DNA of 64,000 nucleotides, from positions 354,923 through 418,922 of the forward strand of contig JAJPKA010000002.1 in NCBI GenBank assembly GCA_021323945.1. The letters are read 5' to 3'. Shown here in pieces: positions 39,789-49,646 of this stretch. The stretch is from Pseudomonadota bacterium (GTDB lineage: Bacteria; Desulfobacterota; Binatia; Binatales; Binataceae). The number at the start of each line of letters is the position of its first letter. Positions within the stretch are counted from its first letter, which is position 1. Under the pieces are notes generated by a model. That model saw nothing but the letters and a program-made list of their open reading frames with translations, did no database searches and was not told where the DNA came from. A program made the translations under genes and the position numbers.

Positions 39789-42311
39789 TTGGCGGGCAGT
39801 GGAAGGATTGATAGAAAACGGTCACGCTTTTACAGCCTGAGCCCCGGGGGAGCTAATTCTGCGGCGAGGATTGAGAGTATGGGTCTCGACACGGAGGTAA
39901 GACCTCAGACGTTTGGCAGATACATTCTTGCCCATCGCAAACCACTGGCGGCCATTTTGATCGCAATCACCGCGTTTATGGCCTACTGGGCGACGCGTGT
40001 GCCAGTGGCGACGCGCTTCGAGGATCTGTTTCCCAGCAAGGATCCCAACGTCCTGCTGTATCGAGAATATCGGCGGCAATATGGGGGAGCGCAGACTCTG
40101 GTGCTGCTGCTGCGCGTACGTGACGGCGATATTTTCAACATGAAAACCCTGCGGGCGATTCAGGACCTGACTCGGCAAGTCGATATCTTGCCCGGTGTCA
40201 ACCATAACGAGGTGTTTTCGCTCGCCTCTTATCGGCTGGTTTATGCGCGCGCGATCCCTGGCGCTTTGGTGTCGCGTCCCTACATGTATCCCAAAATTCC
40301 CCAGAACCAGGCCGAACTCGAAGACTTGAAGAAAACGGTCATGGCCCATCGTGAGGAATTGGCTGGCTATGTTACGCCGGATTTTAAAGGGGCCCTGATC
40401 GTTGCCGCATTCAACGAACGGGGGCTCGATTACAAAGCGCTGTTCGATGCAGTGCAGTCACTAATCGCTAAATACCAGGATGCAAACACCACAATCTACG
40501 CGAGCGGTGCCGCGATGTTTGCGGCCTGGGGCTATCATTATTTGCCGCGAATTTCGCTCATCTTTCTGATTTCCGTGGCGCTGATGGTGCTCATTCTATA
40601 CCTGGCTCTTGGCCGCCGGAGCACCTGGTGGGCGCCGATTGTCACCGGGCTCTGCTCGACAATATGGGGGCTCGGGTTCGTTGGTTTGATGCGATTCAAC
40701 TTCGATCCGGTGATGTTGGTTATACCATTTATTCTAACCGCCCGAGACCTGAGCCACGGGATCCAATGGCATGGCCGCTACTACGACGAGCTCGATCGGA
40801 ACGCTGACAAGATGGCGGCCTGCGCAGCCACCGCCGACCTGATGCTGCGGCCGGGGTTGTTGGCGGTAGTGGCGAACATCGCCGGAGTCATATTTCTGGT
40901 TATCGGCAATATTCCTCTGCTCCGGCAGATCGGCTACGGAGGTGCGGTCTGGCTCGGCGCCAGTTTGGCAATGGTGTTTGTGTTCCAGCCTATCCTCATG
41001 AGTTATCTGCCGCGGCCACAGATTTATCCATCGCGCCAGAAGCAGGGCGAAGGCCTTCGCGGCTCCTTCTTGGGTTCAGTTATGGCGCGGTTCGAGCAGA
41101 TACCCGTGACGCACGGGGTAATGCGGACGGCATTGGTCGTTGCGGCAGCGGCATTAATGATCGCGGGTGTCGTCGCCAGCCAGCATGTGCCGATAGGGTA
41201 CCAGACCCTGGGAACACCGCTTTACCGCGAGAACGCCAAGATCAACCAGGACACGGCTGAAATTGGCAGGTTCGTGCCCACCAATATGGCGTGGGTGGTG
41301 ATTGAGGCTCCGAATTTCCCCAAGCCGGAAAACCCGATTTCGGTCAAGACCCTTCGAATGGCCGATGATCTGGCAACCTACCTGCTCGATCGGGGAGACG
41401 TCCTGGCGGTGCTGGGTTTCGCTGAGATCGCATCCAAACCCATGAACATGTTGCTTCACAATGGCGATCCGAAATACTATGCGCTGCCCGATACCGATAC
41501 CTTGAGCGGGACCTTGTGGTTCTTCTTTTTCAGCGGCAGTGCCCCGGATGAGGTCTACACCTTCTTTGGCCGGTATCCTAGTGTCACAAGTATGAGTGTG
41601 CGGCTCCTGCTTGCAGATCATACTTATCGTCGGCTACAGCGCCTGCATGCTGATTTGGACAATTTCGTCAAAAGTCGCGTGATCAACGATCCGGACCTCA
41701 GTCAGGTGAAAGTGCGCTACGTCGGCGGTGACGCGGGCCTTTACCTGGCCAGTGACAATGTTGTGCAGCGGCTCAATACAATAAATCTGGCGTTGACTCT
41801 GGCTGTCATTTTTCTCACGACCACATTGATCTTTCGCTCGCTTACGGCCGGGCTGCTGCTGGTAATTGCCGCCGTAATGGCTAACTTCGGTGCCTTCATT
41901 TACATGAATCGCGAGATCATAGGTCTGACCATCGACACCATCCCTGTCATCTCGCTAGGTATCGGCCTCGGCATCAACTATACAATCTACACCTTGGGAA
42001 GGATTCGCGATGAGGTAGCCTCCGGGGTCGTGCTCGATACTGCGATTACCACCGCCTTGCATACGACCGGCTGGTGGGTATTTGCCACATTTGCGGTGAT
42101 GGTAGGTGGAATAATCCCATGGGCGTTTTCCCCGCTCTTATTCCATAACGAAATGAGCGTACTGTTGATTCTGTTGATGGTGGCGAACCTGCTGGTTGGC
42201 TTGTTGATCCTCCCCAGCTATATCGCATGGCAGCGCCCGCGCTTTCTGACTGATTATTCCGTCTCGATCGGATTACCAGGCCGGGAGGCAGCGGGACGGG
42301 CGGTCTCGTAG
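39789..42311 (+). CDS. MMPL/RND-superfamily membrane transporter (paralog of 7287-9755)
   Basis: 840 aa, collinear with the first copy (…FEDLFPSKDPNVLLYREYRRQYGGAQTL… vs …FENFFPSNHPNTLLYRQYHTHYGGAQTL…). 16 bp after the glycosidase stop. Confidence 0.8.
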   Translation: MAGSGRIDRKRSRFYSLSPGGANSAARIESMGLDTEVRPQTFGRYILAHRKPLAAILIAITAFMAYWATRVPVATRFEDLFPSKDPNVLLYREYRRQYGGAQTLVLLLRVRDGDIFNMKTLRAIQDLTRQVDILPGVNHNEVFSLASYRLVYARAIPGALVSRPYMYPKIPQNQAELEDLKKTVMAHREELAGYVTPDFKGALIVAAFNERGLDYKALFDAVQSLIAKYQDANTTIYASGAAMFAAWGYHYLPRISLIFLISVALMVLILYLALGRRSTWWAPIVTGLCSTIWGLGFVGLMRFNFDPVMLVIPFILTARDLSHGIQWHGRYYDELDRNADKMAACAATADLMLRPGLLAVVANIAGVIFLVIGNIPLLRQIGYGGAVWLGASLAMVFVFQPILMSYLPRPQIYPSRQKQGEGLRGSFLGSVMARFEQIPVTHGVMRTALVVAAAALMIAGVVASQHVPIGYQTLGTPLYRENAKINQDTAEIGRFVPTNMAWVVIEAPNFPKPENPISVKTLRMADDLATYLLDRGDVLAVLGFAEIASKPMNMLLHNGDPKYYALPDTDTLSGTLWFFFFSGSAPDEVYTFFGRYPSVTSMSVRLLLADHTYRRLQRLHADLDNFVKSRVINDPDLSQVKVRYVGGDAGLYLASDNVVQRLNTINLALTLAVIFLTTTLIFRSLTAGLLLVIAAVMANFGAFIYMNREIIGLTIDTIPVISLGIGLGINYTIYTLGRIRDEVASGVVLDTAITTALHTTGWWVFATFAVMVGGIIPWAFSPLLFHNEMSVLLILLMVANLLVGLLILPSYIAWQRPRFLTDYSVSIGLPGREAAGRAVS

Positions 42312-42355
42312 GAGGTGGAAAAATCAGCCGAGGCTAGAGGATGGGTACCCGCGCT

Positions 42356-42835
42356 TCAAGCCACCCGCAATGTAACCAGGCTGGCGCGCAACTCCTTGCC
42401 ACTTATGTCGGGTTTAATTGCGAGTTCGAGTATACCGACGTCGCTCAGATTGACCCGGTAATCCTCGATTTCGCTAGTGGATCCGTTGGGGCTGAAAGTC
42501 CACTGCTGACGTACGATCTCGCTGAAGGATGCCGTCTGGTCACTGGGAGCCCAGCGCAGAACAAATTCCTGGGTACGTTCAGCGTGGGTTTCGGCGAACT
42601 CCAGTCTGATTCGATGCAAGGTGGCCGGTGTCGCGAAAACGAGTCGAATGAGTTGTTCGCCTGGTTCAGCAGCTCTCCACCCTTGGCCTCCGCTGGCCAG
42701 CATCAATGCAGATTCTATCGGAAACGCCGCATCCTCAGATGTCAGTTCGACTTCGGCTAGGGTTTCGAGGTTGAGCCAGTTCTCCGATTCGGGCCCTGCT
42801 GCCGTGCGATTTTGGCCAATGATCCGTTTGCGCAT
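42356..42835 (-). CDS. Hypothetical protein (159 aa)
   Basis: ORF only. No recognisable motifs. Confidence 0.35.
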   Translation of the reverse strand: MRKRIIGQNRTAAGPESENWLNLETLAEVELTSEDAAFPIESALMLASGGQGWRAAEPGEQLIRLVFATPATLHRIRLEFAETHAERTQEFVLRWAPSDQTASFSEIVRQQWTFSPNGSTSEIEDYRVNLSDVGILELAIKPDISGKELRASLVTLRVA

Positions 42836-42862
42836 GGCAATGCGTCCTGGGTTGTTTTCCGA

Positions 42863-43747
42863 TCATAGCTTAAGCGCGGGTTCAACCCACTTGCGCGCCA
42901 ATTCTTCGATTAGTTGCCTGACTTCCGCCTCGTTCGACATTGAGCGTTGAAACACCGGTGTGAGGTATAGTTCGTCAACGCCGGCATCGCGATATCGGGC
43001 GAGGTCATCGGGAGTCGCCTCAACCGTGGGAGAAACTGCGAATTCGAACTTTTGTTGGTCGCGCCCGTTGGCTGCGAGCAATTCACGAAGTCGGTTGATC
43101 GCCTGGGAGGTTTCGTCAGGCGTTAGATTGAAGCCGCACCAGCCGTCGCCATAGGACGCGGCGCGCTTGAGCGCTGCCTCAGTCTGGCCGCCTACCAGCA
43201 CCCGCAGTCCTGCGCCTTGAGTCGGTTTTGGATAGCTAACCACGCCCTCAAAGTTGACGAATTCCGCGCTATAACTGCGCCCATTTCCCCAGACGCATCG
43301 CATCGCCTCCACGTACTCCCTGGTGCGCTGCGCTCGGCGCTCCCATGGAATTCCGAGTGCGTCGAATTCTTCTCGGAGCCATCCAACGCCGATGCCGAGC
43401 GCCAGGCGTCCACCACTCAAAAAATCAAGGCTGGCGCAAATCTTGGCGAGCAACAGCGGATTGTACTCTGGAACGAGACAGATTCCGGTTGCGAGCCGAA
43501 TGCGTTTGGTATGCGCTGCCGCATAAGTGAGCGCCACGAAGGGGTTGAGCAGCGCAACGTCAGTACGGATGGGAAGGCTGTGTCCCCGTGAGTAGGGATA
43601 TTGAGAGGCAAACCGCTCCAGGAAGACAACATGCTCCGGTGCCCAGAGCGTGGCGAAGTGCAGCCGCTCGGCATGAGCGGCTACGGCCGTGATCAAATCG
43701 GGCCGCGCGAGATTGCCAATCCCGATGGCAAAGAAGCCGATCCTCAT
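42863..43747 (-). CDS. LLM-class flavin/F420-dependent oxidoreductase
   Basis: MRIGFFAIGIGN...ATLWAPEHVVF… luciferase-like TIM barrel. An alternative start lies 21 bp upstream. Confidence 0.8.
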   Translation of the reverse strand: MRIGFFAIGIGNLARPDLITAVAAHAERLHFATLWAPEHVVFLERFASQYPYSRGHSLPIRTDVALLNPFVALTYAAAHTKRIRLATGICLVPEYNPLLLAKICASLDFLSGGRLALGIGVGWLREEFDALGIPWERRAQRTREYVEAMRCVWGNGRSYSAEFVNFEGVVSYPKPTQGAGLRVLVGGQTEAALKRAASYGDGWCGFNLTPDETSQAINRLRELLAANGRDQQKFEFAVSPTVEATPDDLARYRDAGVDELYLTPVFQRSMSNEAEVRQLIEELARKWVEPALKL

Positions 43748-43772
43748 GGTTCTTCCCCTGGTTCGCAAACTT

Positions 43773-44771
43773 TCATTCGGTTTCCAGCCAGACCGATGGC
43801 TTCGTTACCACTCCGTGACGTGCGAAAATTGCATCGATCTCCTTCATGTCGGCCTCCGAAATTGACCAGCCAAGGGCACCAAGATTGTCTTCGACTTCAT
43901 GTGGATTGCGACAACCTACTAAAGCGGTGCTGATCACCTGATTAGACAAGGTCCAGCGCAGGGCAAATTGGGGCAAGGTCTTGCCGTACCGTTGGGCAAT
44001 GGTTTTCAGCTCAGCAACCGCCCTCAAATTCTTGAGATAATGCTCCGGTCCGAACAGATGCTGGAAGAGGTTGAGATTGGCGAGCTGTCCGCGCTTCGAA
44101 CGCCAGTCACTTTTGTCGAAGGTCATTTCCTCGGTAAACGCGCCTGTCAGCATGCCGTAGGCGAGCGACCCGTAGGCCATCACTCCGATATTGTGCTCGC
44201 GGCAGTAGGGAAAGATTTCGGTTTCCATTCGGCGGTCGAGCATGTTCCAGCAGTACTGAACCACATCCACCCGCCGCGCGCTCATGCACCGTTTGATCTC
44301 TTCAAGCTTGAAGTTCGACAGGCCAACCGCTCGCACTTTGCCCTGCTTAACGAGGTCGTCAAGCGCGCCCATTGTCTCTTCAAACGGCGTGTTACGATCG
44401 GGCCAGTGAACCAGGTAAACGTCGACAAAATCGGTCTCGAGATTTCTGAGGCTTTTCTCGATCGATTCCATCACACGTTTGCGGCTGCCGTCGCGAAAAT
44501 TCGGCGCGTCCTGGTAGCCGACGCCGAACTTGGTTGTGATGACAGCTTCCTTGCGACGCTTGCCCAATGCTTTGGCCAACGACTTCTCGGAAGCACCGAA
44601 ACCATATGCCTCGGCCGTATCAAAGCAGTTGATGCCCCGATCGAGGGCGTAATTGACCGCTTTAATAAACTCCGCCTCTTCGATGCTGCCGTAGCCTCCG
44701 CCGATTTCCCAGCAGCCGATCCCGATGGCAGAGATTTGGATGCCGGTTTGGCCGAATGAACGATATTCCAT
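43773..44771 (-). CDS. Aldo/keto reductase
   Basis: MEYRSFGQTGIQISAIGIGCWEIGG... AKR signature. Confidence 0.85.
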   Translation of the reverse strand: MEYRSFGQTGIQISAIGIGCWEIGGGYGSIEEAEFIKAVNYALDRGINCFDTAEAYGFGASEKSLAKALGKRRKEAVITTKFGVGYQDAPNFRDGSRKRVMESIEKSLRNLETDFVDVYLVHWPDRNTPFEETMGALDDLVKQGKVRAVGLSNFKLEEIKRCMSARRVDVVQYCWNMLDRRMETEIFPYCREHNIGVMAYGSLAYGMLTGAFTEEMTFDKSDWRSKRGQLANLNLFQHLFGPEHYLKNLRAVAELKTIAQRYGKTLPQFALRWTLSNQVISTALVGCRNPHEVEDNLGALGWSISEADMKEIDAIFARHGVVTKPSVWLETE

Positions 44772-45098
44772 CGCCGTATCCTCCCGAAAATTCGAAAGCC
44801 GCTCACGCCGGACATCCTCGCAAGAGTGCGAATGCCATTAGCTTGAGCTTGCTGTCGCTGGCTCGCCTGGCAAGTATCGGGGCTTGGTGCGATCTTGCCC
44901 GGCGCACGACTGATGATGATGTAGCACGAATCGGAGCCCTGCGTCTTGAGTTGCCGAATAAAATCGCATCAAAGCGCGCAGCATTTTGCCGCCGTTCACT
45001 CGGCAGCGAGTCTGAAAGGCTGCTAAAGTATGCTGGATTGCTCAGCGCTACCGGCGGGCAGTTCAGCCGGACAGTGACAAACTGTGGAGAGGCATTGT

Positions 45099-45124
45099 GC
45101 GGCAGCGCGTTGAATCGCTGCCGC
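45099..45124 (-). terminator. GC-rich hairpin GCGGCAGCG-N8-CGCTGCCGC downstream of the DUF1329-like gene
   Basis: 9-bp perfect stem about 45 bp 3' of the stop of the minus-strand gene. No clear U-tract. Confidence 0.35.
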
Positions 45125-45169
45125 ACGGTCCCTCGTCGGTAGGATCGCGGCCGCGCCGCGGGACAATCT

Positions 45170-46519
45170 TTAGCGTAGAATCTGCATCAGGCCGGCCGGA
45201 GTCCCGTACTTGACGCCGTTGAAGAACTCCTTCGGCGCCTGAAAGTTGATGTAAGGCTTTCTTCGCCAGGGATTCGCGAAACCGCACCACACTGTCATGT
45301 GCGTATTCTGCAGATCATACGCGACAGACGCCACCCCGTTACCGCTATGGCCTAGTCCCGGGATATCTGTGAAATAGCCGTAGTAGTAGATGGCCTTCCA
45401 CAGTTTCCGATTGGCGTCGTATAGGTCAACCCAGCCGGCACCCCAGAGCTCTTTGTCGACATACATTATGCGGCTTGAGTAGCAGTAACCGGCGGCTTCA
45501 CTCGGAATTCGATGGACATCAATGATGGAGACCGGGCGCAGCGACCATTTACCCCATGATGGTTTCGGCCAGGCAATCGGCATATCGTAGTCGGCAGGGA
45601 AATTCGCTCCCTCGGAGGTGTCGGAAAAGTTTGTCATACCGATGATCTTGCGGTCAGCGAGGAAGTCCGCAGTATACACTGCCGTGCTGCCATTGAAGCC
45701 GTTGCCATTGGCGTCGTCGTAAGCCCAGTCAAAGCCAAACACCGGTGAGCAGCGCGACGAGGTTGACAGGCGCAAGGACCGCCTGAGCGCCGGTACAAAT
45801 ACGAACGTGTCTGGATAGGGATTTTTCTCTTGATCCTGGTAAAACATCGAAAGCGACGCCGTGTAGCGAGCCTGCTCGGGCGACAGTTGCATTCCATATT
45901 GGGTCTGCCAAGTGCCTGGTGCGTAACTTTCCTCGTGAGGAAAACCCGGGTCGCTAATGAAGGCGGTCTGTCGATAGACTACATCGAAAGATGACGGTGC
46001 TATGTCACCAAAGCGATCTACCGACCATACAGATCCGTAATTCTGCTCGGTGTTGACATACAAAGCGGGACGCACGAACCAGAAGTTATTTGCCAGGATC
46101 TTCCACCCCTTGTGTGGTTCCGTCGGATTAGGGAATGGAGTCCCTGCATAATAATTCTTGATTCGGTAGTGGCCGTTGGGCAGAACCTCAACCTGAGTCT
46201 GCGAACCGTATTTTTCAGTCGCCTCAGTCCAGCTCTTGGGAATCAAGTCGAAGCGCGGCGGACCTACTGGCATCTGTACGTCAGCGGGCATTTTCCAGCC
46301 ATAAACGCCTTGGAACAGCTTGATCATCCCGAGCGGCATGACACTTTTGTACTGCTGCCAGTTCGCCATGGTTATTGTGGTCCCGACCGGCGGTTCGGTT
46401 TGATGCTCGGTGTCTTTGATCCACTGGTCCATCTCGCTGCGGTCGGTGCTTTGGGCTAACACCAACGACGGCATCAGACCAAGCACCAGGCTGATTACCA
46501 ACACGCTAAGTTTCCTCAT
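45170..46519 (-). CDS. Secreted protein with signal peptide, DUF1329-like
   Basis: Signal peptide MRKLSVLVISLVLGLMPSLVLAQS. Tyr/Trp-rich 449-aa protein of the size and composition of DUF1329. Family assignment is from memory only. Confidence 0.55.
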   Translation of the reverse strand: MRKLSVLVISLVLGLMPSLVLAQSTDRSEMDQWIKDTEHQTEPPVGTTITMANWQQYKSVMPLGMIKLFQGVYGWKMPADVQMPVGPPRFDLIPKSWTEATEKYGSQTQVEVLPNGHYRIKNYYAGTPFPNPTEPHKGWKILANNFWFVRPALYVNTEQNYGSVWSVDRFGDIAPSSFDVVYRQTAFISDPGFPHEESYAPGTWQTQYGMQLSPEQARYTASLSMFYQDQEKNPYPDTFVFVPALRRSLRLSTSSRCSPVFGFDWAYDDANGNGFNGSTAVYTADFLADRKIIGMTNFSDTSEGANFPADYDMPIAWPKPSWGKWSLRPVSIIDVHRIPSEAAGYCYSSRIMYVDKELWGAGWVDLYDANRKLWKAIYYYGYFTDIPGLGHSGNGVASVAYDLQNTHMTVWCGFANPWRRKPYINFQAPKEFFNGVKYGTPAGLMQILR

Positions 46520-46765
46520 TGATGGTCCTCCGTTGCTCTCAATCTGTTACCCGCTCCCCTGAAAATCACAGCTATGACGGAGCCGAGTGGCCACCCTCGC
46601 GGTCCCCGAGGACGAAGTGAAACAACACTTAGGCTTATCCGACTCAGTAACCGAGGCTGTCAAGCACCAAATTTTGGGCTAGTGCAATTTCGGCCTCTCC
46701 GATGCGAAGATATTGTCAGGTCTTAGGGATGCACGGCTGGAGCTATAACCGACAGTGCGGCTTGC

Positions 46766-47578
46766 GTGCGGAAAACAATCGAGTTTTATTGGCGAAGGAG
46801 GCGGTCCCACAGCGCCAGGTTGCGGAATCCCAGGATTTATCGAGTCGGTGAGCAGCGTCTGTTTCGCCTTCAACGGATCGGGGGTAGTTTGGGACGGGAA
46901 TTCAAAGCAATTTTCTTCGATTTGGATGGCACCTTGGTTGATATCCATGGACCGCTGTACATCGCGGCACGCAATGCGCTCGACAATTTAGGTCACCGCC
47001 CGCCGCTCACCCGCGAGCGATATCTCCAGGCGATAGCCAGCGCCGATCCGTGGGTAGAGGTTCCCAAACCGATCCGCTCCGATTATCTAAAACTTGTTTT
47101 CGCTTATCTCATCACCGAACTCGATCGTACCGAGCGGCTCGAGATCCTGCCCCATGTTCAGGAGACCTTGGCCGAGCTAAAGCGACGCGGGTACAGGATG
47201 GGGATCGTGACGAGTCGCCCCGGGGCTCCCAGGCCGTTAGTCGAGAAGCTGGCGATGGTCGGTTTGGCTGCCTATTTCGACCAGGTCGTCACCCAGGAGA
47301 CTGCCTCGTTGCAGGCCTTGGATAAGACTGAAGCTCTGCGGCGCGCCGCGATGCGCGCCTCAGTAGTGCCCCAGGCTTGCATGTATGTCGGGGACGAACC
47401 GCGCGACGTTATGGCAGGAATCGGGGCGGGCTTCGGCGCGACTGTTGCCGTGCCGACCGGGCCGGCCAGTGCCGAGCTGTTGCGTAAACACCCGCGCTAT
47501 CGGCCCGATTTTCTCATCAACTCGTTGGACCAACTGGTAGATTTGCTAGATCGACTGAAGCACGAAACACCCTCGTAG
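46766..47578 (+). CDS. HAD-superfamily hydrolase (phosphatase)
   Basis: Motif I FFDLDGTLVD. Later motifs S/T and K, then GDEPRD. Start codon uncertain (possible TTG nearer the DxD motif). Confidence 0.75.
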   Translation: MRKTIEFYWRRRRSHSARLRNPRIYRVGEQRLFRLQRIGGSLGREFKAIFFDLDGTLVDIHGPLYIAARNALDNLGHRPPLTRERYLQAIASADPWVEVPKPIRSDYLKLVFAYLITELDRTERLEILPHVQETLAELKRRGYRMGIVTSRPGAPRPLVEKLAMVGLAAYFDQVVTQETASLQALDKTEALRRAAMRASVVPQACMYVGDEPRDVMAGIGAGFGATVAVPTGPASAELLRKHPRYRPDFLINSLDQLVDLLDRLKHETPS

Positions 47579-47742
47579 GGTGCTTCGTGCTTGGGGTGAA
47601 ACTCCGAGGCCCGGGCTAGGCAGTGTCGTTCGGCCAGGGACGAATTCTCTCGCCGCACAAGCCGAAATGAGCTGGCCGCTCTCATTGCCTGCGCTCACCC
47701 TCGAACTGTATTGCAACCGTTCCCAGGCCGGTGCGCAAGATC

Positions 47743-49395
47743 TTATTGGAGCAGGAAGCCCTCGTATCCCTTTTCCGCTACCTCCGCAATCTTTGCCCGA
47801 TAAGCCGGAGCGGTATTTGCGTATAGAAGAATCGCGTGGGCTTTGCCTGGAATATTGTCGCCCACGAACCAGGACTTTGTCCCACTCAGCAGTGTTTGGC
47901 TGCCAACTTCGTTGACATGTTTTACCCACGCATCCTCGGCTTCGGGGCTGGGGGCGATGCGTGAATAGTTGTGGTCTCGCACATAACGGATACAGTCAGT
48001 GATCCATTCGACAACTTTTTCTGCGCAGACCGTATAATTGCAGAAGGCGGTATTGGTGGCGATAAAGAAATTGGGAAAACCTGCAGTCTGTAGACCAAGG
48101 TAAGTCCGTGGGCCACCTGCCCATTTTTCCTTAAGTGTCTGTCCTGTCTCACCGCGAATATCGATTCGGGTGAGCGCTCCGGTTATTGCATCAAAGCCAG
48201 TTGCATAAATGATGATGTCAAATTCGTATTCTCTATCGGTCGTCTTGATACCTTTGGGCGTAATACGTTCGATCGGCGTCTCACGCACATCCACCAGGAG
48301 TACATTGTCGCGGTTGTAAGCCTCGTAGTACTCGGTTTCGAGTGGAATTCGTTTCGCGCCGAAGGGATGATCTTTCGGTACCAGCTTTTCGGCGACCGCC
48401 GGGTCTTTGACTCGAGCACGGATCTTATTGCGCACAAATTCGGCAAAGTCCTCGTTGGCCACCGGGTCAGTCATGATGTCGCGAAAATTGCCCAGCCATT
48501 TCTTGAAACCGGGCAATGCCCATAACTCTTCATAAAATTTCAGACGCTCCTCCTTGGGCACCTCCATGGCTCTGCGGCGATCGAAATCATAGGGGAATCC
48601 GGCGGGTGTCTCGAGGCATTTCTTGTGAATTTCGTCGTAGGTAGCCTTAAACCTCCGTTGCGTCTCCTCGCTGACCTCCGAATTGCGCAAAGGCGCACAA
48701 TAGTTGGGTGTCCGCTGGAACACGGTCAGATGAGCAACCTCTTTGGCGATTATGGGTATGAGCTGAACGGCCGTTGCTCCGGTGCCAATGACCGCGACGC
48801 GCTTGCCGCTGAAATCGACCTTTTCTTTGGGCCATCTGGAAGTGTGGTACGACTGGCCGCGGAAGCTGTCGATGCCCTCAAAAGGAGGTATATAGCGGGC
48901 GGACAGGATACCGACCGCCGCCACCAGAAACTGACAACGCATGCGCTGTCCACTTTCAAGCTGCACTTCCCAGAGGTTAGCTGCTTTGTCGTAGGTCGCC
49001 GCTGTGACATGCGAATTGAATTGAATGTTGCGACGCAGATCGAACTTATCGGCGACGAAATTCAAATACCGCTCATTTTCCGGTTGACCCGAATAGTGCT
49101 CCTTCCAGTCCCATTCCTGTTGCAATTCCTTGGAAAAGGAATATCCGTAGGTTTCGCTTTCAGAATCGAATCGGCAGCCGGGATAGCGATTCCAATACCA
49201 TGTCCCGCCCACCCCGCCTCCATCCTCGAGACAGAGCACCGACAGACCTAACTCCCGCAAGCGGTACAGCTGGTAGAGACCGGCGACGCCGGCACCAATC
49301 ACGATCGCGTCGAATTGTTTGATCGGCTCCGCCCCCGTTGCGCTGTGGGGCACTGATTCGCTGCGTATGGGGGTGCTCTCAATCGAACTTGCCAT
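47743..49395 (-). CDS. Type I Baeyer-Villiger monooxygenase (FAD/NADPH flavin monooxygenase)
   Basis: GxGxxG FAD site (IVIGAGVAG). BVMO fingerprint FxGxxxHxxxW(P/D) = FRGQSYHTSRWP. Second Rossmann motif GKRVAVIGTGATA. Confidence 0.85.
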   Translation of the reverse strand: MASSIESTPIRSESVPHSATGAEPIKQFDAIVIGAGVAGLYQLYRLRELGLSVLCLEDGGGVGGTWYWNRYPGCRFDSESETYGYSFSKELQQEWDWKEHYSGQPENERYLNFVADKFDLRRNIQFNSHVTAATYDKAANLWEVQLESGQRMRCQFLVAAVGILSARYIPPFEGIDSFRGQSYHTSRWPKEKVDFSGKRVAVIGTGATAVQLIPIIAKEVAHLTVFQRTPNYCAPLRNSEVSEETQRRFKATYDEIHKKCLETPAGFPYDFDRRRAMEVPKEERLKFYEELWALPGFKKWLGNFRDIMTDPVANEDFAEFVRNKIRARVKDPAVAEKLVPKDHPFGAKRIPLETEYYEAYNRDNVLLVDVRETPIERITPKGIKTTDREYEFDIIIYATGFDAITGALTRIDIRGETGQTLKEKWAGGPRTYLGLQTAGFPNFFIATNTAFCNYTVCAEKVVEWITDCIRYVRDHNYSRIAPSPEAEDAWVKHVNEVGSQTLLSGTKSWFVGDNIPGKAHAILLYANTAPAYRAKIAEVAEKGYEGFLLQ

Positions 49396-49573
49396 TTCTC
49401 CTCCTGAGTTCCTGTACCATGGACCAAGTAAGCCGGTAGCGGCGGTGACTTCGCCATATAATCGGCAAAGATTTATTGGTTGTCAAAGGGCAACGGTTTC
49501 TGTTTGAAACCTTATGAGCAGGTCTGATTTCGAGGCCACAAGCGCTCGGTGCGCTTGTCGCAAAGGCGAACTG

Positions 49574-49611
49574 GGCGTAAGCCCTGCGGCGCGCCGCGCA
49601 CGGCTTACGCT
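49574..49611. terminator. Hairpin GCGTAAGCC-N18-GGCTTACGC between the lytic transglycosylase 3' end and the BVMO 5' end
   Basis: 9-bp perfect inverted repeat read from the sequence. Confidence 0.3.
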
Positions 49612-49646
49612 CAGGTGGCGCAGAGGCGTTTAAGGATATTCGTTTT

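Noticed and set aside
43968-44759. 263-aa ORF antisense to the aldo/keto reductase
   Set aside because: Shadow ORF.
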